In this document: positions 36,998 to 48,902 of the stretch, in pieces
Position numbering within the stretch: the stretch's first letter is position 1
How the letters are laid out: each line of letters opens with the position of its first letter
From: Hemiscyllium ocellatum
Lineage: Eukaryota
Direction of reading: 5' to 3'
Assembly: GCF_020745735.1 (NCBI RefSeq)
Contig: NW_026867498.1
Coordinates: 248,704 to 312,000, forward strand
DNA: 63,297 nt
The notes under the pieces: model-generated
Told to the model about the DNA's origin: nothing
The model's input: only the letters and a program-made list of their open reading frames with translations
Database searches by the model: none
Made by a program: the position numbers and the translations under genes

Positions 36998-37806
36998 CTC
37001 TCACGCACAACCACACACACAATTCTTTGGGGTAAAATTTTATTGGCAGAATTATATTTGCAGATACATTCAATTTTGCTCAAAAAGTGCACAGTCTGCA
37101 GGCTGTCAATCCATGAAATATTTTATAAATTCCTACTTTGGGAATAGAACCGGTCTGATTCAAGATTGGGATACTGACAGACTCGAATCTCACACCTTTA
37201 ACGCATTGTCTGGGCTGAGATGTCACTTATTTTTATAAAACCTTAAGTCATCTCGACAATGTGAGTTAAAAGCTGTTCTGGGATTTACATATTAATGAAC
37301 CAAAACCTGCAACGCATTCTAAAAGATGAAAAACTTAACAACAATCTAGGTTTGTTCAATAAATCATATCAGTTGCATGACACTGAATTTTTGCTATAAA
37401 ATTTGTGTCTTATCATCCTGCTCCACAGCTACCTGATGAAGGAGCAACTAGTGCTTCCAAATAAACCCTCCTGCTCCTCGGATGCTGCCTGACCTGCTGT
37501 GCTTTTCCAGCGCCACTCTTTTCGACTCTGACTCTCCAGCGTCCGAAATACTCACTTTGATGTCAATGTCTGACAGTCACTCAATCCATCGGCACCGCAA
37601 CAATTTTCCAACTATGGTTCTGTGAGAAGGAGCAAAGCTTTTTGGTTCCTGTTTGAGGACATTTTCAGCATCAGTGGGACTGGACGAGAGACCCCACTGT
37701 TGCAGCGCACTGTGTGTGGAGCCTGAAACAGTTATACGGCCTGGGAAGGGGATTTCACGGCAGGGAGGGGCTCTACACGTGTTTGTGTGAAGCTGAAGCT
37801 GTGGCC

Positions 37807-38187
37807 ATGGAGAAACCTGAGGAATCCCGCCCTGTGGAGAAACCGTGGAAGTGTGGGGACTGTGGGAAAGGCTTACGTGTCCCATCTACCCTGGAGACTC
37901 ATCGGCGCAGTCACACCGGGGAGAGGCCATTCCCCTGCACCGACTGCGGGAAGGCCTTCAGACATTCCTCCCACCTGCTGGCCCACCAGCGGGGCCACAC
38001 GGGGGAAAGGCCCTTCAGCTGCCCCGAGTGTGGGAAGGACTTTACCCAGGTCTCAAACCTCCAGACCCACCAGCGGATCCTCACCAGGGAGAGGCTGTTC
38101 ACCTGCTCTCAGTGCGGGAAGGGATTCACCTACTCCTCCAACCTGCGGAGACACCAGCGAGTTCACGTGCCATCGCAGGGGGATTGA
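37807..38187 (+). CDS. C2H2 zinc-finger protein, 4 fingers (third lacks its last His), 126 aa
   Basis: [19 protein letters not shown]...[10 protein letters not shown]...[11 protein letters not shown]; acceptor homolog ending at 37705. Confidence 0.8.
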   Translation: MEKPEESRPVEKPWKCGDCGKGLRVPSTLETHRRSHTGERPFPCTDCGKAFRHSSHLLAHQRGHTGERPFSCPECGKDFTQVSNLQTHQRILTRERLFTCSQCGKGFTYSSNLRRHQRVHVPSQGD

Positions 38188-38199
38188 AAGAGTGACGGC

Positions 38200-38510
38200 T
38201 GAGTGCCATTATCGATTGGACTATCAACCCGGTTCCGGGGACTCCCGGGTTCGAATCCCGCCACGACAGATGGCAGAATTGGTATTCGGTCAGAAATATG
38301 GAGTTCGGAATCTAGTAGTGAAACCATTTTTGGGTTCAGGGTGGGAGAAAACCCGACTTGATTCACTCAGTTCCTTTTTAGGAAAGGAAACTGCCGTTGT
38401 AGGAAAGGATTCACTCAGTCGTTCCAGCTGCATCCTTTACCCGGTCTGGCCTACACGTGACTCCAGACCCACAGCAGTCTGGTTGACTCTACACTGCCCT
38501 CCCCCCCCCA
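38200..38510 (+). mobile_element. tRNA-headed SINE (SacSINE1/DeuSINE-like) just after the ZNF stop
   Basis: B box GGTTCGAATCCC, then GGTCTGGCCTACACGTGACTCCAGACCCACAGC, resembling the Deu core (from recall, not aligned). Confidence 0.55.
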
Positions 38511-38648
38511 CCCACTGGCAAAGGAGCGGGGAGAAACTTACTTGGAGACAGGGTATGGGTTGAAATTGCGGAGTGAGGCAATACTTCCTCCGGGTTACGG
38601 CTGTACCAAGGATCCAGGCACAAAGGGACAACGCGGTGCTGACCAATA

Positions 38649-38954
38649 GATTAGATTAGATTATTTACAGTGTGGAAACAGTCCCTTCAGCCCAACAAGT
38701 CTACACCGACCCACTGAAGCGCAACCCACCCAGGCTGATTCTCTTACATTTATCCCTAACACTACGGGCAACGTAACATGGTCAATTCACCTAACCTGCA
38801 CATTTTTGGACTGTGGGAGGAAACCGGAGCACCCAGAGGAAACCCACGCAGACACAGGGAGAATGTGCAAACTCCACACGGTCAGTCGCCTGAGGCGGGA
38901 ATTGAACCCGGGTCTCTAGCGCTGTGAGGCAGCAGTGCTATCCACTGTGCCGCC
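38649..38954 (-). mobile_element. HE1 SINE, full length
   Basis: Same family as 27768-28078, with an (AATCT)n tail. Confidence 0.85.
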
Positions 38955-39427
38955 CACTATACTAAAGAAAGTGGGGGAAATGAGGGGAATGTGTGCACTT
39001 TGACCTTGAGGTGTTTAAAAAAAATCAGCTACTTTTTATACGCCATTTTCCTGGGGGGATCTGAAGCTGGAACAAAGTTGGGCTGCAATAAAGGTAACCA
39101 GAACGTACTGCTGGGCTCAGACTCTCATTGAAAGCTCCAAGCGGTTTTGGTTTTAAATCTGCTCATTTCTTTCAGCCTCCTGCACGAAGTTTCCAATGTC
39201 GTGTATCTGATGGAGCAGTGAATGAGTAACTAGTATCGTTAGCAATTGTAAATGTTTCAGGAGTGCAGGCACTGCAGCACTTCATTGGCGTTGTAAAGTT
39301 TCCTGGTAGCACTGGGAGGTGTGGGCTGTGTTCACGAGAAACGATGTGGAGGTGCCGGTGTTGAATTGGGGGTACACAATTAAAAATCCCACAACACCAG
39401 GTTATAGACCAACAGGTTTATTTGGAA

Positions 39428-39465
39428 GCACTAGCTTTCGGAGCGCTGCTCCTTCCTCAGGTGGT
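39428..39465 (-). ncRNA. Minimal hammerhead motif, family B
   Basis: Reverse complement CAC-CTGAGGA-A-GGAG-CAGCG-CTCC-GAAAGCTA-GTG. Confidence 0.6.
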
Positions 39466-39959
39466 TGTGGAGAATAAGATCATGATCACGGAATTTATAG
39501 CCAACGGCGTCCAGTGTCATGGAGATGTGATACATCAAACAATTTTAGATTAAATCTTTCATCTTTTAGAATGGGTATCTGTTCTTTGGTATGTTAATCC
39601 CAGAACTCCTGTTAAATTACCATTTTACGAATGTCATTGAAATGCAGAGCTTTTCTAACAGGAATCTCACTCTGACTGGACATTGGGACCCAGACAGAAT
39701 TCACACCTATTGTTAAAAAAACCCTGCATTTAAATTCCTTTCTGAACTGGCTGCTCTGCAACATTGTGAATAGCTAAAATGATATATGCAGAAACATCGT
39801 TAAAGTCTGAAAGCATGTTTAATTTTTTAAAAAGAGCTGCTGAAATCTTGCTAAAACTTGTATTGAAATATGTGCAGTTAGGCTACAACTCAGGACAGGC
39901 TGGAAGGGGTGAATGGCCTATTCCTAGTCTTGTGATATTGGTTCTGACGATGCAGAAAT

Positions 39960-40260
39960 AGAGTCATAGAGTTGTACAGCATGGAAACAGACCCTGCGGT
40001 CCACGCTGACCAGTCGTCCTAAGTTAATCTAGTGACCCATTCGGCAGCATGTCGCCCCTTACCCCTCTGAATCTTTCCTATCCATATCCGCATTCAGATG
40101 CATTTTAAATACTGTAATTGTACCAGCCTCCACCACTTCCTCTGGCAGCTCATTCCATACACATACCACCCTCTGTGCGAAAGGATTGCCCCTTCGGACC
40201 CTCAGAAATCTTTCCCCTCTCACCCTAAACCTATGCCCTCCAGTTCTGATCTCGGTGCCT
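39960..40260 (-). mobile_element. CR1 3' fragment (paralog of 4790-5310, lacking the fold-back insert)
   Basis: RVVCVWNELPEEVVEAGTITVFKMHL. Confidence 0.75.
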
Positions 40261-40484
40261 TGCCCCCACAACAAGGGGAAACGACATACAAAAGTTGAGC
40301 AGCCAGACAAAATGCAAAAGGAATAAAATATCGAGCTGGCGGGGAGGGGGGGAGAAAATTGTGGCTCTCCCCTTTTTAACTCCTATTGGCAGTTGAACAC
40401 TTAAAATTTGTCAGTGGCACCATCACCACAGAGCTTACTGTGCACGCGCCTCCATGTCAACAAGCACTTGCACATATTTGCTGG

Positions 40485-41537
40485 TCATGATTCATCAAAC
40501 CAGCGGATAAAGGGAGTCATTGTCATTTGGAATAGAACAGATTACTGCAAGGCAGTGTACTGACAACCGAACAACCAGGAACACTACAGGCAACTACCAG
40601 CTGATCCGACCAAAGAACACACCGGAGAATTAAACACACTGATCAGAACTTTGGATCCAGTCCTTCAGAGTTCCCTACGTGCCCTCATCCCACATACTCC
40701 TCGTGTAGGCTTCTTCTACTGCCTTCCAAAGGTACACAAAGCCAACACACCAGGACGTCCCATCGTGTCGGGCAATGGTACCAGCTGATCTGACCAAAGA
40801 ACACACCTGTGAATTAAACACACTGATCAGAACTTAGGATCCAGTTCTTCAGAGTTCTCTACGTGCCCTCATCCCACGTACTTCTCGTGTAGGCGACTTC
40901 TACTGCCTTACAAAGGTACACAAAGCCAACACACCGGGATGTCGGGCAATGGGACCCCATGTGAGAATCTTTCTGGCTATGTGGAAGGCATCTTGAAACC
41001 TATTGTACAGGGGATCTCCAGCTTCTGTCGCGACATTACGGATTTCTTACAGAAACTCAGTCGAACCGGGAACATTCCTCATCACAATGGACGTTTCCGC
41101 ACTCTACACCAGCATCCCCCACAAGGATGGCATCGCGGCAACAGCCTCAGTACTCAACATCAACAACTGCCAGTCTCCAAACACCATCCTACAACTCATC
41201 TGCTTTATCCTCTATCATAACGTCTTCACCTTTGACAACCAGGTCTTCACCCAGACACACGGAACAGCCATGGGGACCAAATTTGCACCCCAATATGTCA
41301 ACATTTTTATGCACAGGTTTGAACAAGATGTCTTCTCTATGCAGGATCTCCAACCAACATTGTACACCAGGTACATTGACAACATTTTCTTCCTCTGGAC
41401 CCATGGCGAGGAGTCACTGATAAAACTACACAGTGACATCAACAAGTTGCATCCTACCATCAAACTCACCATGGACTACTCTGGACTATCTGCCTCATTC
41501 TTGGACACATGCGTCTCCATCAAGGATGGACACCTCA
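40485..41537 (+). mobile_element. Penelope-like RT fragment inserted in a ZNF promoter module
   Basis: IKPADKG, KVHKANTPGRPIVSGNG (locally duplicated), ITMDVSALYTSIP, GTAMG, RYIDN. Confidence 0.85.
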
Positions 41538-41544
41538 GTATTTG

Positions 41545-41788
41545 CCGATGTCAGCAGAAGACTGCGGATACTCGTTGCTGACTGCAGAAGAGGCTGGTGA
41601 TTGTCTTTTGATAAACCAATAGGAACTCCTGGAGGACCGGAAGGAGGCTTGTCCTCCTGCCATTCGGAGCTCCCCTATTGGTGAATGCGGAAGTTGGGCC
41701 ATGAGGATCTGAAGCTCCTGCCCCTCCTCTCTCTCAATGAAGATTGAGCTTCACTCAGACTGCAGCTTCCTTCCTCTGTCCAACATCT
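41545..41788 (+). promoter_or_regulatory. ZNF promoter/exon-1 module, orphan copy
   Basis: Near-identical to 14860-15062; donor GTGAGTAC at 41789; the upstream half is at 40290-40480. Confidence 0.7.
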
Positions 41789-42194
41789 GTGAGTACAGCA
41801 TTCTCTTTTCTCACCACCTTTTCCATTTACGTTTCATTCTGGGGTTCAATTGTTGACTTGGAGCAACTGAAAGGAATGGGAGTGAATCCAGCGAGGGGAC
41901 AGACTCTGGGAAAGTTAGTCCAAGCCTTTGTCTCAATTGGCAACGTAGACAGGCAGGAGACTGGAAGAACGCAGCAAGCCAGGCAGTATCAGGAGGTGGA
42001 GAAGTTGAGGTATCTGGTGGAACCCTTGTTTAGGATTGGGGGTGTGTATAGGCAGAGCTGTGGAACAAGGGTATGCTGGGGGCAGGGTGATGAAGTGATG
42101 ATAGGTGGAGACAGGTAGAGGGTACCATTCCTCTATAAGGTAACCCCTCAGCCTCCGATGCTCCAGGGAAAACAGCCCCAGCCTATTCAGCCTC

Positions 42195-42930
42195 TTCTTA
42201 GACTCATCATGTGGATGCACTGGTTACAAACGCCCAACAACGTCTCTTCTTCCTCGGGCAGCTGAGGAAATTTGGCACAACGGCGAGTACCCTTGCCAAC
42301 GTTTCTAGGTGCGCCATTGGCAGCTCTCTGTCGAGATGAGGGGTGACCTTATAGAGGTTTACAAAATTATGAGGGGCATGGATAGGATAAATGGACCAAG
42401 TCTTTTACCTGGGGTCAGGGAGTCCAGGACTAGAGGGCATAGGTTTAGGGTGAGAGGGGCAAGATATAAAAGAGACCTAAGAGGCAACCTTTTCACGCAG
42501 AGGGTGGTACGTGTATGGAATAAGCTGCCAGAGGAAGTGGTGGAGGCTGGTACAATTGCAACATTTAAGAGGCATTTGGATGGGTATACGAATAGGAAGG
42601 GTTTGGAGGGATATGGTTTGGGTGCTGGCAGGTGGGACTGGATTGGGTTGGGATATCTAGTCAGCATGGACGGGATGGACCGAAGGGTCTGTTTCCATGT
42701 TGTACATCTCTATGACTCTATGTGTCACTACCTGGTATGGCAACTGTCCCATTCAAGATTGAAGACGGTTATGGAGAGTAGAAATTCAGCCTGGACAATC
42801 ACAAAGGCCAGCGGATTGATTTATTTATCTCTGCTGCTTAACTCTGTGATCTGCCTGTATTGCTCGCAAGACCAAATTTTTCACTGTGCCTCAGTACAGG
42901 TGACAAGAAATTCAATAAAATTCAGTTTCT
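42195..42930 (+). mobile_element. Rex1/Babar-like LINE 3' fragment split by a CR1 insertion (42325-42720)
   Basis: AQQRLFFLGQLRKFG..TLAN before the CR1 piece and TWYGNCPIQD after it. Confidence 0.55.
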
Positions 42931-42934
42931 CTTT

Positions 42935-43435
42935 CCCACGTGGTGGATTTCGCCCTCCAGTGCATCTCATGCACTTCCTGCACTTCTGCCTCCCAATGCA
43001 ACTAGGAGAGTACCCCTCGGTCCTCACCTTCCACCCCACCATCTCCGCATACATTGTCTCATTCCCACCACCTACAAATGGACCCTACCACCACAGATAT
43101 ATTTCCCTCCCCATTCCTATCTGCTTTCCATAAAGACCATTCCCTTCGTGATTCCCTTGTCAGGTCCATGTTTCCCTGCCCCCCCTCCGCTCCCAGTACC
43201 TTCCCCTGCCACCGCAGGAATTGCAAAATCTGCGCCCAAACCTCTTCCTTTCCCCCAACCACCCCCCCCACACCCGATCACCCCCACCTCCATCCAAGGC
43301 CCCGAGGGATCCTTCCACATCTGATAGGCATGTACCTGCACCTCCACTAATGTGCCCGCTGCACCCGGTGCGGTCTCCTCCACACCGCGGGAGACAGGAC
43401 GCCTCCTTGTGGATTGTTTCAGGGAATATTTCAGA
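42935..43435 (+). mobile_element. Penelope-like C-terminal fragment
   Basis: HLQMDPTTTDIFPSP..SLRDSLVRS..CHRRNCKIC, homologous to 20170-20520. Confidence 0.75.
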
Positions 43436-43436
43436 G

Positions 43437-46400
43437 AGGGTGTGAGGAGGGGAGAGAGTGAGGAGGGGGTGTGAGGAGGGGAGGGAGTGAGGAGGGGGGT
43501 TGAGGAGGGGAGGGAGTGAGGAGAGGAGGGGATGTGAGGAGGGGAGGGAGTGAGGAGAGGAGGGGATGTGAGGGGAGGGAGTGAGGAGGGGAGGGAGGGA
43601 GGGGGGTGTGAGGAGGGGAGGGAGTGGGGGGTGTGAGGAGGGGAAGGAGGGAGGAGGTCTGAGGAGGGGAGGGAGTGAGGAGGGGGTATGAGGAGGGGAT
43701 GGAGTGAGGAGGGGGTGAGGAGGGGAGGGAGTGAGGAGGGGGTGTGAGGAGGGGAGGGAGTGAGGAGGGGGGTTGAGGAGGGGAGGGAGTGAGGAGGGGA
43801 GGGAGTGAGGAGTGGAGGGAATGAGGAGGGGAGAGATGGGTGGGAGGAAGCGAGGAGTGCGTGTGGAGGGGAAAGACTGAGGAATGTGAGGAACGAAAGG
43901 AGGGGTGGTAAAGAGATGAATTGAAGAGATAGGGAATGAGAAGGTTTGGGGGGGGCAGTGAGGAGGGATAGGAGTTTGGGGAGTGTGGGGGCGGGAGACG
44001 TTGGGGGTGTGGGGGGAGGGGGTGTAGGGTGAGGGGTGTGTGGGGAGTATGGGGGAGGGGGGTGTAGGGAGTATGGGGGAGGGGGGTGTAGGGAGTATGG
44101 GGGGAGGGGGGTGCAGGGAGTGTGAGGGTGAGCAGGGATGTAGGGAGTATGTGGGGGTGCTGTAGGGAGTGTGGGAGGGAGAGGGGTGTAGGAATGTGGA
44201 GGGGAGGGGGGTGAAGGGAGTGTTGGGGGGTGTAGGGAGTGTGGGGGGAGGGGTGTGTCGGGAGTGTGGGGAGGTAGGGGCGTTTAAGGAGTGTGGGGAT
44301 GGGGTGTAGGGAGTGTGGGAGGGGAGGGGGGGTGTAGGAAGTGTGGGGGGAGGTGGATGTAGGGGGAGGGTGGAGTAGGGAGTGTGGGGGGTGGGGGTAT
44401 AGGGAGTGTGGGGAGAGGGGGTTGTAGGGAGTGTGGGGAGAGGGGGTTGTAGGGAGTGTGAGGGGAGGGGGTTGTAGGGAGTGTGAGGGGAGGGGGTTGT
44501 AGGGAGTGTGAGGGGAGGGGGTTGTAGGGAGTGTGAGGGGAGGGGGGTGTAGGGAGTGTGAGGGGAGGGGGGTGTAGGGAGTGTGGGGGGAGAGGGGTGT
44601 AGGGAGTGTGGGGGGAGGGGGGTGTAGGGAGTGTGGGGGGAGAGGGGTTGTAGGGAGTGTGGGGGAGAGGGGGTGTAGGGAGTGTGGGGGGAGGGGGGTG
44701 TAGGGAGTGTGGGGGAGGGGGGTGTAGGGAGTGTGGGGGGAGGGGGGTGTAGGGAGTGTGGGGGGAGGGGGGTGTAGGGAGTGTGGGGGGTGGGGGGTGT
44801 AGGGAGTGTGGGGGGTGGGGGGTGTAGGGAGTGTGGGGGGAGGGGGGGTGTAGGGAGTGTGTGTGAGGGGGTTGTAGGGTGTGAGGGGAGGGGGTTGTAG
44901 GGAGTGTGGGGGGAGGGGGTTGTAGGGAGTGTGAGGGGAGGGGGGTTGTAGGGAGTGTGAGGGGAGGGGGGTTGTAGGGAGTGTGGGGGGAGAGGGGGTG
45001 TAGGGAGTGTGGGGGGAGAGGGGGTGTAGGGAGTGTGGGGGGAGGGGGGTGTAGGGAGTGTGGGGGGAGGGGGGTGTAGGGAGTGTGGGGGGAGAGGGGG
45101 TGTAGGGAGTGTGGGGGGAGAGGGGGTGTAGGGAGTGTGGGGGGAGAGGGGTACAGGGAGTGTGGGGAGGGATGGGGTGTAGGGAGTGTGGGGGGAGAGG
45201 GGGTGTAGGGAGTGTGGGGGGGAGAGGGGTACAGGGGGAGTGTGGGGAGGGATGGGGTGTAGGGAGTGTGGGGGGAGAGGGGGGTGTAGGGAGTGTGGCA
45301 GGAGGAGTATAGGGAGTGTGGGGGGGAGGGGGGTGTAGGGAGTGTGGGGGGGAGGGGGGGTGTAGGGAGTGTGGGGGGGAGGGGGTGTAGGGAGTGTGGG
45401 GGGGAGGGAGTGAAGGGAGTGTGGGGGAGGGGTGTAGGGAGTGTGGGGGAGGGGGTGAAGGGACTGTGGGGGGAGGGGTGTAGGGAGTGTGGGGGAGGGG
45501 GTGAAGGGACTGTGGGGGGAGGGGTGTAGGGAGTGTGGGGGGGAGGGGGGTGTAGGGAGTGTGGGGGGGAGGGGGGTGTAGGGAGTGTGGGGGGAGGGGG
45601 GTGTAGGGAGTGTGGGGGGGAGAGGGGGTGTAGGGAGTGTGGGGGGAGGGGGGTGTAGGGAGTGTGGGGGGGAGGGAGTGAAGGGAGTGTGGGGGGAGGG
45701 GTGTAGGGAGTGTGGGGGAGGGGGTGAAGGGACTGTGGGGGGAGGGGTGTAGGGAGTGTGGGGGGGAGGGGGTGTAGGGAGTGTGGGGGAAGGGGGTGTA
45801 GGGAGTGTGTGGGGGGGGGGGTGTTGGGAATGGGGGGTGTAGGGAGTGTGGGGGGAGGGGTGTGTAGTGAATGGGGGGTGTAGGGAGTGTGGGGGAGGGG
45901 TGTGTAGGGAATGGGGGGTGTAGGGAGTGTGGGGGAGGGTGTTGTAGGGAATGGGTGGGTATAGGGAGTGTGGGGGAGGGGGTTGTGGGGAGTGCGGGGG
46001 AGGGGGGTGTAGGGAGTGTGGGGGAGGGGGTATAGGGAGTGCGGGGGAGGGGGGTGTAGGGAGTGTGGGGGGAGAGGGGTGTAGGGAGTGTGGGGGGAGA
46101 GGTGTGTAGGGAGTGTGGGGGGAGGGGGTGTAGGGAGTGTGGGGGGAGAGGTGTGTAGGGAGTGTGGGGGGAGGGGGGTGCAGGGTGTGTTGGGGGGAGG
46201 AGGTTGTAGGGAGTGTGGGGGAGGGGGCTGTAGGGAATGGGGGTGTAGGGAGTTTGGGGGTGAGGGGGCTGTAGGGAATGGGGGGTGTAGGGAGTTTGTG
46301 GGAGGGTGTTGTAGGGAGTGTGGGGGGAGGGTGTTGTAGGGAGTGTGGGGGAGGGGGGTGTAGGGAGTGTGGGGGGAGGGGGGTGTAGGGAGTGTGGGGG

Positions 46401-48680
46401 GGAGGGGGGTGTAGGGAGTGTGGGGGGGAGGGGGGTGTAGGGAGTGTGGGGGGGAGGGGGGTGTAGGGAGTGTGGGGGGGAGGGGGGTGTAGGGAGTGTG
46501 GGGGGGAGGGGGGTGTAGGGAGTGTGGGGGGGAGGGGGGTGTAGGGAGTGTGGGGAGAGGGGGGTGTAGGGAGTGTGGGGAGAGTGGGTGTCAGGAGTCG
46601 GTGGAAGAGGCTTATAGTGAGTATGGGGGGTGTGGTTTGCAGTGAGTGTGGGGGGGAGGGGGGTTTATGGAGTGTGGGGGGACGGGGTGTAGGGAGTCTG
46701 GGGGAGGGAGATGTAGGGAGTGTGGGGGGAGGGGGGGTGTAGGGAGTGTGGGGGGGAGGGGGTTCTAGGGTGTGTCGGGGGAGGGTGTGTAGGGTGTGTG
46801 GGGGGAGGGAGTTAGGAATGAGGAGGGGGTTGACTGAAGTCAGTGCAGTGAGGGATCAAGGGGAGATGGAGTGTGGGAGGAGAGAGAGAGTGTGTGAGCG
46901 GGGAGTGGGAGTGCGGGGATGGAAGGTGTGTGGGGAGGGGGAGTGAGGGGGATGTGAGGAGGTGTGGTGGTGAGGAGGATTTGTGGGGGGAGAGAGTGAG
47001 GGGGATGTGTGGGGGAGGGAGTGGGGGGATGTGTGAGGTGAGGGAGTGAAGGGGATGTATGGGGGGAGGGAGTGAGGGGGCTGTGTGGGGGGAGGGTGTG
47101 AGGGAGGGAGGGAGTGAGGGGGATGTGAGGGGGAGAGAGTGAGGGGGACATGAGGGAGGAGGGAGTGAGGGGGATGTGAGGAGGGGAGGGAGTGAGGGGG
47201 ATGTGAGGGAGTGAGGGGGCTGTGAGGGAGGAGAGAGTGAGGGGGATGTGAGGGGGGAGGCAGTGAGGGGGATGTGAGGGAGGAGGGAATGAGGGGGATG
47301 TGAGGGAGGGGGGAGTGAGGGGGGTGTGTGGGAGGAGGGAGTGAGGGGGATGTGAGAGTGAGGGGGATGTGAGGGGGAGGGAGTGAGGGGGATGTAAGGG
47401 GGGAGTGAGGGGGATGTGAGGGAGGAGGGAGTGAGGGGGATGTGAGGGAAGAGGGAGTGAGGGGCTGTAAAGGGGGGATGTGAGGGAGGAGGGAGTGAGG
47501 GGGATGTGGGGGGTGGAGGGAGTGAGGGGGATGTGAGGGAGAGAGGGGGTTGTGAGGGAGTGAGGGGGATGTGTGAGGGGGAGGGAGTGAGGGGGATGTG
47601 AGGGAGGAGGGAGTGATGGGGATGTGAGGGGGATGTGAGGGAGTGAGGGGAATGTGAGGGGAGGGGAGTGAGGGGGATGTGAGGGGGGAGGGAGTGAGGG
47701 GGATGTGTGGGCTGGAGGGAGTGAGGGTGGAGAGAGTGAGGGGGATGTGAGGGGGGAGTGAGGGGGATGTGTGGGCTGGAGGGAGTGAGGGGGATGTGAG
47801 TGGTGGAGGGAGTGAGGGGGAGGGAGTGAGGGGGATGTGAGGGGGGAGGGAGTGAGGGGGATGTGAGGGGGGAGGTAGTGAGGGGAATGTGAGGGAGGGA
47901 GGGAGTGAGGGGGATGTGAGGGGGGAGGTAGTGAGGGGAATGTGAGGGAGGGAGGGAGTGAGGGGGATGTGAGGGAGGAGGGAGTGAGGGGGATGTGAGG
48001 GAGGGAGGGAGTGAGGGGGATGTGAGGGGGAGGTAGTGAGGGGAATGTGAGGGAGGGAGGGAGTGAGGGGGATGTGAGGGAGGAGGGAGTGAGGGGGATG
48101 TGAGGGAGGGAGGGAGTGAGGGGGATGTGAGGGAGGGAGGGAGTGAGGGGGATGTGAGGGAGGAGGGAGTGAGGGGGATGTGAGGGAGGGAGGGAGTGAG
48201 GGGGATGTGAGGGAGGAGGGAGTGAGGGGGATGTGAGGGAGGAGGGAGTGAGGGGGATGTGAGGGAGGAGGGAGTGAGGGGGATGTGAGGGAGGGAGGGG
48301 GATGTGAAGGTTGGAGGGAGTGAGGGGGATGTGAGGGACGGAGGGAGGGGGATGTGAGGGTGGAGGGAGTGAGGGGATGTGAGGGAGGGAGGGGGATGTG
48401 AAGGTTGGAGGGAGTGAGGGGGATGTGAGTGGTGGAGGGAGTGAGGGGGATGTGAGGGAGGAGGGAGTGAGGGGGATGTGAGGGAGGAGGGAGTGAGGGG
48501 GATGTGAGGGAGGGAGTGAGGGGGATGTGAGGGAGGAGGGAGTGAAGGGGATGTAAGGGGGAGGGAGTGAGGGGGGTGTGAGGGAGGAGGGAGTGAGTGG
48601 GATGTGAGGGAATGAGGAGGATGTGAGGGAGGAGGATGTGAGCGGGGGGAGTGAAGGGGATGTAAGGGGGAGGGAGTGAG
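43437..48680. repeat. Compound G-rich minisatellites (~16 bp and ~24-26 bp units)
   Basis: (GAGGAGGGGAGGGAGT)n, then (GTAGGGAGTGTGGGGGGAGGGGGT)n, then (GAGGGAGTGAGGGGGATGTGAGG)n; almost no C on the plus strand. Confidence 0.95.
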
Positions 48681-48850
48681 GACCTTGGCTGCCTTGGGGA
48701 AGTGAAGGCAGTGACCGAGGGTTCCCTCAGTGGGAGGGTGTGACTGTCCAGAGGAACCGAGTCACGTTGTGAGGGAAGCTGAGGGCAGGAGCTTGGGTGC
48801 TCGGAGTGACTCTGTCGGGAATCTCCTGAGCAGACTGTCTGCGTGGGGAA

Positions 48851-48902
48851 ATGAGTCCGTGTGTGAAACTGCTGCTCTCTCTCAGCTTCTGTATCCTGCC
48901 TG
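48851..48902 (+). CDS. Ig-like gene exon 1: signal peptide (leader)
   Basis: ATG...MSPCVKLLLSLSFCILP-G|GTAAGG; the phase-1 donor joins the V exon to give ...ILPGLSS. Confidence 0.75.

Noticed and set aside
38235-38265. tRNA gene (GGTTCGAATCCC)
   Set aside because: B box of a SINE head; no cloverleaf is evident.
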